A stretch of 58,463 nt of DNA, taken from positions 1-58,463 of the forward strand of contig WBXH01000002.1 of assembly GCA_008933015.1 (NCBI GenBank), given 5' to 3'. Under the pieces are notes generated by a model, which saw nothing but the letters and a program-made list of their open reading frames with translations, was not told the origin of the DNA and did no database searches. The DNA is from Verrucomicrobiota bacterium (GTDB lineage Bacteria; Verrucomicrobiota; Verrucomicrobiia; Chthoniobacterales; UBA6821). Each line of letters starts with the position of its first letter. Position 1 is the first letter of the stretch. This document shows positions 41,884 to 49,639 of the stretch, piece by piece. A program made the translations under genes and the position numbers.

Positions 41884-43027
41884 ATGTCCGACTCTTCCGA
41901 CCTCTCCACTTTGGATGCCTCTGCCATCGCCGATCGCCTCGGCGCTCTGCGGAGGTTTCTTTGACTCCACCGCACTTGCGGATGAACTCTCGGCCATAGA
42001 GGCCAGAATGACGGAGCCAGGTTTCTGGGACAGCAGGGAGGCTGCCCAGAAAGATATGGAGAGGGTCTCTCAAATCAAGGCCAAGCTTGGTCCCCTCACC
42101 CAAATGGAACAGCGTGCAGATGACCTTGTGATCCTGAAGGAAATGGCCATGGAGGAATCAGATGGCGCCGCAAAACTCAAGGCCGTAGAGGAAGTCTGGA
42201 AGGAATATCACTCCATAGCTGCCGAGTTGGAAAAATTCGAACTGCGCCAACTTCTCTCCAACGAATTCGATAAAAACGACGCCTTCATCACGATCAATGC
42301 GGGTGCCGGCGGAACCGAGTCATGCGACTGGGCCGACATGCTCATGCGCATGTACAAACGCTGGATCGAGCGCAGCGGATTCACGGCCAGCGTCATCGAT
42401 ATCCAAGAAGGAGAGGAAGCAGGCATCAAGTCGGTAACCTTGGCCGTGAAGGGGGACTATGCCTTTGGCTATCTCCAAACAGAGCGCGGAGTCCACCGCC
42501 TGGTGCGTATCTCCCCATTTGATTCCGCCAAGAGGCGTCACACCTCATTTGCCAGCCTCGACGTGAATCCAGACATCGAGGATGCACCGATTGAAATCGA
42601 GGAGAAGGACATCAGGGTCGATACCTACCGCTCTGGTGGAAAGGGCGGGCAGAATGTCAACAAAGTCGAGACGGCCGTCCGCATGACCCATGTCCCGACG
42701 GGTATTGTCGTTGCCTGTCAGGCCGAACGCAGCCAACTCAAGAACAGGATCATGGCTTTGCGTATGCTCAAGGTGAAGATCTATCAACTCGAAGCCGACA
42801 GGAAGCGTGCAGAGCTTGATCGACAGTACAGCGAGAAGGGAGAAATAGCATGGGGCAGCCAAATCCGATCCTACGTCTTTCAGCCTTACCAGATGGTGAA
42901 GGATCACCGGACCGGTGTTCAGACCGGCAATGTCCAAGGTGTCATGGATGGGGACCTGAATGCCTTCATTGAGGCGAAGTTACGCGGCGTCACGAAGGGA
43001 ATGACGGATCCCGACGACGAGGTCTAG
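41884..43027 (+). CDS. prfB: Peptide chain release factor 2 (requires +1 programmed frameshift at 41962)
   Basis: Frame 0 encodes [26 protein letters not shown] then TGA. The +1 frame continues [13 protein letters not shown]... into a full RF2 with SPF and GGQ ([11 protein letters not shown]). Confidence 0.9.
41951..41965 (+). promoter_or_regulatory. RF2 autoregulatory +1 frameshift site
   Basis: GGAGG-ttt-CTT-TGA-C has the same layout as the E. coli prfB site: an internal SD, a 3-nt spacer, then CUU UGA C. Confidence 0.85.
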
Positions 43028-43043
43028 GTTCCAAGGCATGGTT

Positions 43044-43063
43044 TCCCTTTTCCACAAAAGGGA
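43044..43063 (+). terminator. Hairpin after prfB (possible terminator)
   Basis: TCCCTTTT-ccac-AAAAGGGA is a perfect 8-bp stem 17 nt after the prfB stop. There is no trailing T-run, so function is uncertain. Confidence 0.3.
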
Positions 43064-43080
43064 GCTAGTATTATGAACAT

Positions 43081-43545
43081 ATGAAGGGGAGTCCTTTGAT
43101 CCGATTGGGAGTTGTTTTGGTGATTCTTATTGCCGTGCTCTGGCCTGTTTACCGCCTCACAAATTCAGCACCCCTTCAGAAGACCGAGGGAGCACCGGAG
43201 CAATCCCTACCTCCAACTATTCCCTCGCTACGAGCGAATAAGCCAACTCTGAGAGCTACACTTCTCCTTCACGCCTCCCCTATGCCGAACCAGTGCCAAG
43301 TCACCCAAGGCGACCGTATCATCCTGACTGAAAAAAACCTCGTTTCACCGGGCGAATACCGCATACCTGTGGAACTCGTCAAGGGAATGGATCTTGTGAT
43401 CCGGGCCACCTGGGGGAATGAGGAACCCCATGCCATCCGGGCCGAGGTACTGGTTCACGGTTACCAACAAACATTGGAAAAGAGCTTCTGGGCGCAGGGC
43501 ACCCTTGAAGACACGCTCACCATTCCCTCTTCTTTTCTGCCGTGA
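43081..43545 (+). CDS. Hypothetical membrane-anchored 154-aa protein, translationally coupled to the ABC-3 importer
   Basis: N-terminal TM (LIRLGVVLVILIAVLWPV) followed by a soluble beta-looking domain. Its TGA overlaps the GTG start of the downstream ATPase (GTGA). Confidence 0.5.
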   Translation: MKGSPLIRLGVVLVILIAVLWPVYRLTNSAPLQKTEGAPEQSLPPTIPSLRANKPTLRATLLLHASPMPNQCQVTQGDRIILTEKNLVSPGEYRIPVELVKGMDLVIRATWGNEEPHAIRAEVLVHGYQQTLEKSFWAQGTLEDTLTIPSSFLP

Positions 43546-44306
43546 ATCATCTTTCCAAAAACAGCGACTCCTTGCTCACCCTACGGGATCTCACTGTCAG
43601 TTATCATCGCGTACCGGCGATCCATCATGTGAGCCTGAATCTCGCGGCCGGACATTGTGTCGGGATTTTCGGCCCCAACGGAGCCGGCAAATCAACACTG
43701 CTGAAAGCCATCGCTGGGCTCCTCCACCCCGAGACCGGAAAGATTCTGATCAGTGGGAACGATGTGTCAGGAGCCGCTCCGCTCATTGCCTACCTCCCGC
43801 AACGCGAGTCCATCGACTGGGACTTTCCGATCACGGTCGCAGGACTCGTGGAGACAGGGCGATACCATCAGGTGGGGCTCTGTGGTTCCTTTTCCCGTCG
43901 TGACACTGTCGCAGTCGAGGATGCCCTTGCTCTCTTCAACCTCACATCCCTCGCCCACCGTCAGATCAACGAACTCTCGGGAGGTCAGCAACAGAGGGCA
44001 TTCCTGGCGCGTGCATGGGCCCAGGAGGCAGATCTCTATCTTCTGGACGAGCCATTTACTGGTCTCGACCGCACCAGCTGCTCAGCTCTGTCCTCGGCGC
44101 TCGGCACACTGAGGGATTGCGGCAAACTCCTGCTTGTTTCCCATCACAACATTGCCGAAGCGGAGGCTATCTTTGACACCGCAATCCTGCTCAACGGCGA
44201 GTTGATAGCCTACGGTTCGACAGCTGAGGTTCTCTCACCACGACATTTGGAATGCGCCTATGGAACCGCTATTTATTCGGGAAAACAAACTGGTAAAAAA
44301 CCATGA
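43542..44306 (+). CDS. ABC transporter ATP-binding protein (metal-type, ZnuC/MntA-like)
   Basis: Walker A GPNGAGKST, signature LSGGQQQR, Walker B LYLLDEP. Confidence 0.85.
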   Translation: MNHLSKNSDSLLTLRDLTVSYHRVPAIHHVSLNLAAGHCVGIFGPNGAGKSTLLKAIAGLLHPETGKILISGNDVSGAAPLIAYLPQRESIDWDFPITVAGLVETGRYHQVGLCGSFSRRDTVAVEDALALFNLTSLAHRQINELSGGQQQRAFLARAWAQEADLYLLDEPFTGLDRTSCSALSSALGTLRDCGKLLLVSHHNIAEAEAIFDTAILLNGELIAYGSTAEVLSPRHLECAYGTAIYSGKQTGKKP

Positions 44307-45235
44307 GCCTGCTCTCACAGCTCACCGAGCCACTATCCTATACATTCATGGTGAGGGCGCTTCTTTCCTGCGCTCTGATCGGCTTTACCAATGGTTTTCT
44401 CGGTACCTTCGTTATCCTGCGTCGGCAGGCTCTCATGGCTGACGCGCTCTCCCATTCACTGCTTCCGGGACTGGCCGTCGCGGCGATTTTCCTCGGACTC
44501 TCCCCCGCTGGTCTACTCCTGGGAGGGCTCATCGCCGCAATGCTCGTGGCACTTGGGGGACAACTCATGGCGCGCAATTCACGACTCAAGGATGAGACGG
44601 CCATCGCCGCCCTCTACATCATCGCCTTTGCCATCGGTATCGTGCTGATCCGCTTTGCCAAGGTGAAGGTGGATCTGACCCATTTCCTCTTTGGGAATAT
44701 TCTGGGTGTCGGCAATGGGGATCTTTGGATCGCCTACGGAGCGACCTTTCTAACCATCTCGACTCTTGTCCTCTTTCAGCGCCCTCTCTTGCTAACTCTG
44801 TTCGATGCCACCGTCGCCCGCACATCCGGCATCCGCGTCGGATGGCTTGAATCGGGACTTCTTGTCCTGATCGTCTTGGGGTTGGTGGCCTCGCTTCAAG
44901 CGGTGGGTGTCCTTCTTTCACTCGGCCTCCTGATCCTTCCAGCAGCCACAGCCTACCTCATGACAAATTCTTTCTCCCGTATGCTTTGGGGGGGCGCTAT
45001 CCTGGGATCGCTCAGCGCCGTCGGGGGACTTTTTCTTTCCTTTTATGCCAACATCCCCTCCGGCCCCTGCATTGTCCTTTTGATGGCTATCTTCCTTGGA
45101 GGTGCGTACTTTTTCTCCCCCCGTTACGGACTGCTCCTCAGATTTGTGATAAAGCATCACTACCACGATGAGTCCCTCGAGCGTTGGAAAGGGCATCAGG
45201 ATCACGAGCATCACCATCTACCGGATGCTGATTGA
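44303..45235 (+). CDS. ABC-3 family metal permease (ZnuB/MntB-like) with a His-rich C-terminal tail
   Basis: FLGTFVILRRQALMADALSHSLLPG is the ABC-3 hallmark. The tail reads KHHYHDESLERWKGHQDHEHHHLPDAD. It overlaps the ATPase stop by 4 nt. Confidence 0.8.
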   Translation: MSLLSQLTEPLSYTFMVRALLSCALIGFTNGFLGTFVILRRQALMADALSHSLLPGLAVAAIFLGLSPAGLLLGGLIAAMLVALGGQLMARNSRLKDETAIAALYIIAFAIGIVLIRFAKVKVDLTHFLFGNILGVGNGDLWIAYGATFLTISTLVLFQRPLLLTLFDATVARTSGIRVGWLESGLLVLIVLGLVASLQAVGVLLSLGLLILPAATAYLMTNSFSRMLWGGAILGSLSAVGGLFLSFYANIPSGPCIVLLMAIFLGGAYFFSPRYGLLLRFVIKHHYHDESLERWKGHQDHEHHHLPDAD

Positions 45236-45326
45236 AATGATCGATTCCTGTATTTAACAGAATTGATTTTTCAACACTTACATCCACTCCCTACGATTAC
45301 CGATCGTCTTCAGCCTCTCATCCGTA

Positions 45327-46175
45327 ATGTCACATCATCCATCGGCAATTTCCCCGGAATCCTCGCGCCCCATCGGGGTTTTTGATTCGGGCATAGGGGG
45401 TCTCACCGTGGTGGCTGAACTGCGCCGCGTACTCCCTCACGAGAGGATTCTCTACATCGGGGATACCGCTAGAGTTCCCTATGGGGGAAAGAGTGCCGAG
45501 ACCGTAACCCGCTACAGTCGTGAGATCTCTGACCATCTCATCGCAGAGGGTGCCAAGTTGATCGTTGTGGCCTGCAACACAGCCTCAGCTCTTTCCGTTC
45601 CAACCCTGGCGCCATCAATTGAGGTTCCCCTCATTGGCGTTCTGGAACCTGGTGCCAGCGCCGCAGTCAAGGCCACGAAAAACAAGATGATCGGTGTGAT
45701 CGGCACGAAGGCTACTATTGGAAGCAGCGCCTATAAAAAAGCTATCTGCACCTTGGACACCGAGATGACGGTCTCATCTGTAGCGTGCCCCTTGCTTGTG
45801 CCACTTATTGAAGAGGGACTCTTTGAGGATGATGTCACAAGCGTCATCCTCCAACGCTACCTCGATCCCATGCTAGCCGAGGGAATCGATACCCTGGTTT
45901 TGGGATGCACTCATTATCCCCTACTTAAGCGGGTTATTCAGAGAATCTGCGGTCCCAGTGTCACACTCGTCGACTCGGCAGAAAACTGCGCACTGGCCGT
46001 CAAGGAACTCCTTGCCTCACAAACTCAAAATCCAGATAGAACTCCAGCCAGTAACCTCGCCGCCCCTCGTCTGGACATCGTGTTAACGGATTCCTCAGAG
46101 GGCTTTCTACGCGTCGCCGAGAAGTCGCTTGATCTCACAATCGACTCGCTGTCATTCCGCCAGATCGGAAAGTAG
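45327..46175 (+). CDS. murI: Glutamate racemase
   Basis: GVFDSGIGGLTV, VVACNTAS and LGCTHYP contain the two catalytic Cys motifs. Confidence 0.9.
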   Translation: MSHHPSAISPESSRPIGVFDSGIGGLTVVAELRRVLPHERILYIGDTARVPYGGKSAETVTRYSREISDHLIAEGAKLIVVACNTASALSVPTLAPSIEVPLIGVLEPGASAAVKATKNKMIGVIGTKATIGSSAYKKAICTLDTEMTVSSVACPLLVPLIEEGLFEDDVTSVILQRYLDPMLAEGIDTLVLGCTHYPLLKRVIQRICGPSVTLVDSAENCALAVKELLASQTQNPDRTPASNLAAPRLDIVLTDSSEGFLRVAEKSLDLTIDSLSFRQIGK

Positions 46176-46404
46176 CACAATCCAAGGCAAAAAGTTCGGG
46201 TTGAGGAGTCAACTAAGTATTAAACCCAATAAAAAAAGGGTTACCGTAATCCGTGGGCGGTGCCATAGACTGCTACCTATTTTAGTAATGCTTTCTCCTC
46301 ATTTTATGAAATGAAGAGACTTTCTAACGGAACGTTTTAGAAAACCCTTTGTCTTAAGAATCCTGTTTTCTTGATAAAAATCATCTCTACCCCTCCTTCG
46401 AATA

Positions 46405-47574
46405 TCAAGGAGCTACGCTCTCCACATACACAAACTTACCGTTCTTCACCTGGAGCATAACGGCTGGTTTATTGGGATTGCGATGCTCGTCGAGGGTGAT
46501 TTTGCCGGTGATTCCGGGGAAGTCCTTGGTGGAGGCAATCGCCTCATTGACCTTTGCAGGATCAGTACTCCCTGCACGCTTCATGGCATCAGCAAGCAAG
46601 CGAAGGGCATCATAGCCCAGAGCGACCATTGCATCGGGATCCTGATTGTATTTCTTACGATAACCCTCCACGAAGGCAACGATCTCAGGAACCTTGCTCT
46701 GGCTGGAGAAGTGGTTGGAAAAATAACACCCTTCGACCGCAGCCCCACCAACGCTCACTAACTCGGGTGAGTCCCAACCATCGCCTCCAATGAAGGGAAC
46801 GGTGATCCCCTGCTGTCTGGCCTGCCTGATAATGAGCGGAGCTTCGGTGTAGTAAGCAGGCAGAAAAATCACATCTGGGTTGCCTGCCTTGATCGCCGTC
46901 AGTTGAGCGCTGAAATCTTTGTCTCCTCCGCTGTAACTCTGCTCTCCAGTTATCACTCCCCCCTCCCTGAGAAATTCGGCCTTGAAACTCTTGGCTAATC
47001 CCAGGCTGTAGTCCTTGGAGACATCGGTAAGGATGGAGGCCTTGGTCGCACCAAGCTTGCGCGCGAACTTTGCACAGACCGTCCCTTGGAAGGGATCGAT
47101 GAAGCAAACCCTGAAGATATGATCTCCTGTCTCGGTGACCTTCTCATTCGTCGAGGCAGGGGAGATCATCGGGATACCACTCCGCTGCGCAATCGGCGCC
47201 GCCTCGAGTGACCTTCCCGATGCCACTTCGCCGATCAGCGCCACGACCTTGTCACGGGAAATCAACTCACGCACAACCGTCGAGGTCTCTCCAGGCTTGG
47301 ACTGGTTGTCCTTGGTAATAAGTCGTAATGGTTGTCCGAGAACGCCTCCCAAGGAGTTGATCTCCTCAAGAGCCATCTGCACCCCACGATCCGTACTCTG
47401 CCCGAAGGTGGCCTGCGCCCCCGTCAGGGAGACAAACTGTCCGATAGGGATTCCCGTTTCCTTTTTCTTGGAACAGGAAAGCATGCAGAACAAAAGGGCG
47501 ATCAGCAGGAAAAAGGGGGCGACTGTTCTTGAACTCATGGCTGACAATCTAAAAAACGAACTCCTGTCTGCCAA
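46405..47574 (-). CDS. Type-1 periplasmic binding protein (LivJ-like branched-chain amino-acid binding lipoprotein), orphan
   Basis: Signal and lipobox-like LLFCMLSC, then a LivJ-like fold pattern (IPIGQFVSLTG..., KDNQSKPGE, FIGGDGW). No permease or ATPase genes are adjacent. An alternative start lies at 47538. Confidence 0.75.
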   Translation of the reverse strand: MADRSSFFRLSAMSSRTVAPFFLLIALLFCMLSCSKKKETGIPIGQFVSLTGAQATFGQSTDRGVQMALEEINSLGGVLGQPLRLITKDNQSKPGETSTVVRELISRDKVVALIGEVASGRSLEAAPIAQRSGIPMISPASTNEKVTETGDHIFRVCFIDPFQGTVCAKFARKLGATKASILTDVSKDYSLGLAKSFKAEFLREGGVITGEQSYSGGDKDFSAQLTAIKAGNPDVIFLPAYYTEAPLIIRQARQQGITVPFIGGDGWDSPELVSVGGAAVEGCYFSNHFSSQSKVPEIVAFVEGYRKKYNQDPDAMVALGYDALRLLADAMKRAGSTDPAKVNEAIASTKDFPGITGKITLDEHRNPNKPAVMLQVKNGKFVYVESVAP

Positions 47575-47585
47575 GGGCAGAAGAA

Positions 47586-47999
47586 CTAAAACAACCCTTC
47601 TATCGGATACTGACCCTCTACTTCCGGAGGGTTCACACCGAAAAGCGGCTCAGCGAGAAGCGGCATCCTAGGGTGATGAAAACGCTCGACCTCCAAGCTG
47701 GTGGCAGCCCTTGTCACTATCTTGATTAGCAAATTAGGGGACTGAATATGAAGGACTCCCCTAATAACGCGATTTTCAGGAACAAGATCCCAAATAAGAC
47801 GTCGTGTCTGATCCGATCTTTCGGCAAATGATCCGGCATGGATATCAAGCAGCATCGCCCCCTGATTCCGCCACCAATCCAGGATCTCATGACGAGCAAA
47901 GCCGGCCCAGACGTGATTGACAATGCCTCGCTGAGAACGAGCTGTGATCATACCACCCGACTTGAAAATCTTGTTTTGAAATTGGAAAACGGCGCACAT
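47586..47999 (-). CDS. Short SRAP (YedK/HMCES)-like protein, 137 aa
   Basis: N-terminal MC (Cys2), HVWAGF..WW, HAGSFAE, and IVTRAATSLEVERFHHPRMPLL align with E. coli YedK MCGRF, VFWGY..WW, ADGWFEW, IVTAAADQGLVDIHDRRPLVL as I recall them. It is about 80 aa shorter than usual. Confidence 0.5.
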   Translation of the reverse strand: MCAVFQFQNKIFKSGGMITARSQRGIVNHVWAGFARHEILDWWRNQGAMLLDIHAGSFAERSDQTRRLIWDLVPENRVIRGVLHIQSPNLLIKIVTRAATSLEVERFHHPRMPLLAEPLFGVNPPEVEGQYPIEGLF

Positions 48000-48072
48000 C
48001 CCAGGAAGACTTTAGAGCAGCATCATAAAAAGCGAGATGTTCCCATTACTCACCGTGGCATCAAGAGGAAAG

Positions 48073-48091
48073 TGGCGGAAGAGGAGGGATT
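48073..48091 (-). repeat. Degenerate duplicate of the tRNA-Ser 3' end (att-like direct repeat)
   Basis: tggcggaagaggagggatt here versus tggcggaaggggagggatt at 48216-48234: 18 of 19 identical, same orientation, with 124 nt between the copies. Confidence 0.6.
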
Positions 48092-48215
48092 TCCTTGGCG
48101 CCGCCAAGGTGCTACAGCAGCGCTACGCAATCCAAGATTTACCGCTTATCGCGGCATGGTAATCGAACCTGGGTTCCTCATCCCTCGGAATACAAGATGA
48201 ACTTCTTCGATGATA

Positions 48216-48307
48216 TGGCGGAAGGGGAGGGATTCGAACCCTCGGTGGGAATAACCCCACGTTCGATTTCGAGTCGAGTGCCTTAAACCGGACTCAGCCA
48301 CCCTTCC
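48216..48307 (-). tRNA. tRNA-Ser (anticodon CGA), class II with long variable arm, CCA encoded
   Basis: Folded manually: acceptor GGAAGGG/CCCTTCC, D-arm TGGCTGAGTCCGGTTTAAGGCA, anticodon loop CT-CGA-AA, variable arm GTGGG..CCCAC, T-arm GAGGG-TTCGAAT-CCCTC, then G-CCA. Confidence 0.9.
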
Positions 48308-48413
48308 TAAAAACTGGGAATTGAACCATACCTGCTCGCACTCTGAGGTCAAGTTTCCTTAACCATGAGGGAAACTCCCACTTGAAAGGCAACTGTTCCC
48401 TATTAGGAAAAAA

Positions 48414-48794
48414 TCAACGAGACCACTCAAGGGCCCCCTTCTTGATGGCATAAATGTAGCCAACAAGAAGGATTGCCGTGAAGGTAACCAGTGTCCAGAG
48501 AATGCCAATACCGTACTGCACCAGATAATCACGATAAACAACAGCCCAAGGATAGAGGAACACGATCTCAATATCAAAAAGAATGAAAAGCATCGCCACG
48601 AGATAGAACTTCACGCTGAATCGTGGTTGTGCACCCGCCTCGGGAAGCATCCCGCACTCATAAGCGAAATCCTTGGCTCCCGTGCGTCTTCCAATACGGC
48701 CAAGCAACAGGCTGCCGATCCAAGTCGTCAGCGAAAACCCTATCGCGGAAACGATGTGAATCAGCAATGAGATGTAGTTACCGTTAGGTTCCAT
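48414..48794 (-). CDS. nuoA: NADH-quinone oxidoreductase subunit A
   Basis: YECGMLPEAGAQPRFSVKFYLVAMLFILFDIEIVFLYPWAVV is the NuoA/ND3 core, with three TM helices. No nuoB follows it. Confidence 0.85.
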   Translation of the reverse strand: MEPNGNYISLLIHIVSAIGFSLTTWIGSLLLGRIGRRTGAKDFAYECGMLPEAGAQPRFSVKFYLVAMLFILFDIEIVFLYPWAVVYRDYLVQYGIGILWTLVTFTAILLVGYIYAIKKGALEWSR

Positions 48795-48848
48795 GAAGTG
48801 ATTACCTAATTGTATCCGAAAAGTTGAATGAAAATCGACCGTTATTAA

Positions 48849-49433
48849 TTAACGGGATTTCTTCTGCTTGGAAGCAGCCTTCGAAACCTTCTTGGCAACG
48901 ACTTTGGCTGCGACCTTTGCCGCTTTTTTTGGCGCTGGCTTTGCCTTTGTTGCTTTGGCTACTGGCTTTGCTAGCTTAGCTTTGGCGACTTCCTTGGTTT
49001 TCGAGACAGAAGATGTGGCAGGTTTGGCTTCCTTGGAAGCGATGCTCCTTGCGGGTACTTTCTTCGCACTGGGCTTATCGACCTTGGAAACCTCGGGGAG
49101 GACACCTGCAGGAGCAGGTTCAATCGTGACAAGAGCGTTTTCAATGGTGGATTTAGCCTTGAACTTCGCCTGTCCGGGGATTTTTCCACCCAATTTCTCA
49201 ACCATGTTCTGATCAACAAGGTTTTTTAGCTTCTCGTATCCACGGAGTCGGAGCATCTCCTCACCACCGCTGGCAGCATTCCTTTTCTTTAACCTAGCGT
49301 GCATCAACTCGAAGATGACACCCCAAGCAAGAGGTGGCTTCTTTCGGTTTTCAATCAGGACCGTTACAATCTCCTCGGTGACTAGATCGGGGAGCCTGCG
49401 GGAAAAAGCACTTTTACGTTGCATAAATATCAA
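48849..49433 (-). CDS. Histone-H1-like protein: about 100-aa globular N-domain + Lys/Ala/Pro-rich C-terminal tail
   Basis: The C-terminal about 90 aa read AKKVPARS...KAKLAKPVAKATKAKPAPKKAAKVAAKVVAKKVSKAASKQKKSR. I do not recognise the N-domain. The start could be 49424 (MQRKS). Confidence 0.6.
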   Translation of the reverse strand: MIFMQRKSAFSRRLPDLVTEEIVTVLIENRKKPPLAWGVIFELMHARLKKRNAASGGEEMLRLRGYEKLKNLVDQNMVEKLGGKIPGQAKFKAKSTIENALVTIEPAPAGVLPEVSKVDKPSAKKVPARSIASKEAKPATSSVSKTKEVAKAKLAKPVAKATKAKPAPKKAAKVAAKVVAKKVSKAASKQKKSR

Positions 49434-49568
49434 TGTTGAAATCTATCACTATTGCATAACGGGTGTCACTAAAAAACGCCATCCCACATGGCCCACGCAT
49501 TTCATGCTGGTTTCGAGGGTAAATGTTAATTTAGAAAAAATCGATGTCACTTGCATAGCAAGACCGCA

Positions 49569-49597
49569 TTGACTTCGTTTTTTTTGATCCTTATTTT
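49569..49597 (+). promoter_or_regulatory. Candidate sigma-70-type promoter for the phosphatase-glyA gene
   Basis: TTGACT-17 nt-TATTTT lies about 45 nt upstream of the ATG at 49640. This is a pattern match only. Confidence 0.25.
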
Positions 49598-49639
49598 CAC
49601 GATAGCGTCGGCATTCTTACACTGACCGACGAGCCATTC

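Noticed and set aside
48150-48335. T-loop-like strings GGTTCGATT (about 48160-48176, minus strand) and GGTTCAATT (about 48316-48330, minus strand) considered as extra tRNA genes flanking tRNA-Ser.
   Set aside because: Neither can be folded by hand into a cloverleaf. There is no complementary T-stem and no acceptor pairing. They may be tRNA-derived debris, but they are not callable genes.
49434-49639. Possible riboswitch (ZTP, THF or glycine) in the 205-nt leader of the phosphatase-glyA gene.
   Set aside because: I could not find the conserved cores I remember, for example the CCGCCTGGGC pseudoknot segment of ZTP. Only a weak 5-bp hairpin and a T-run are present. A covariance-model scan would be the decisive test.
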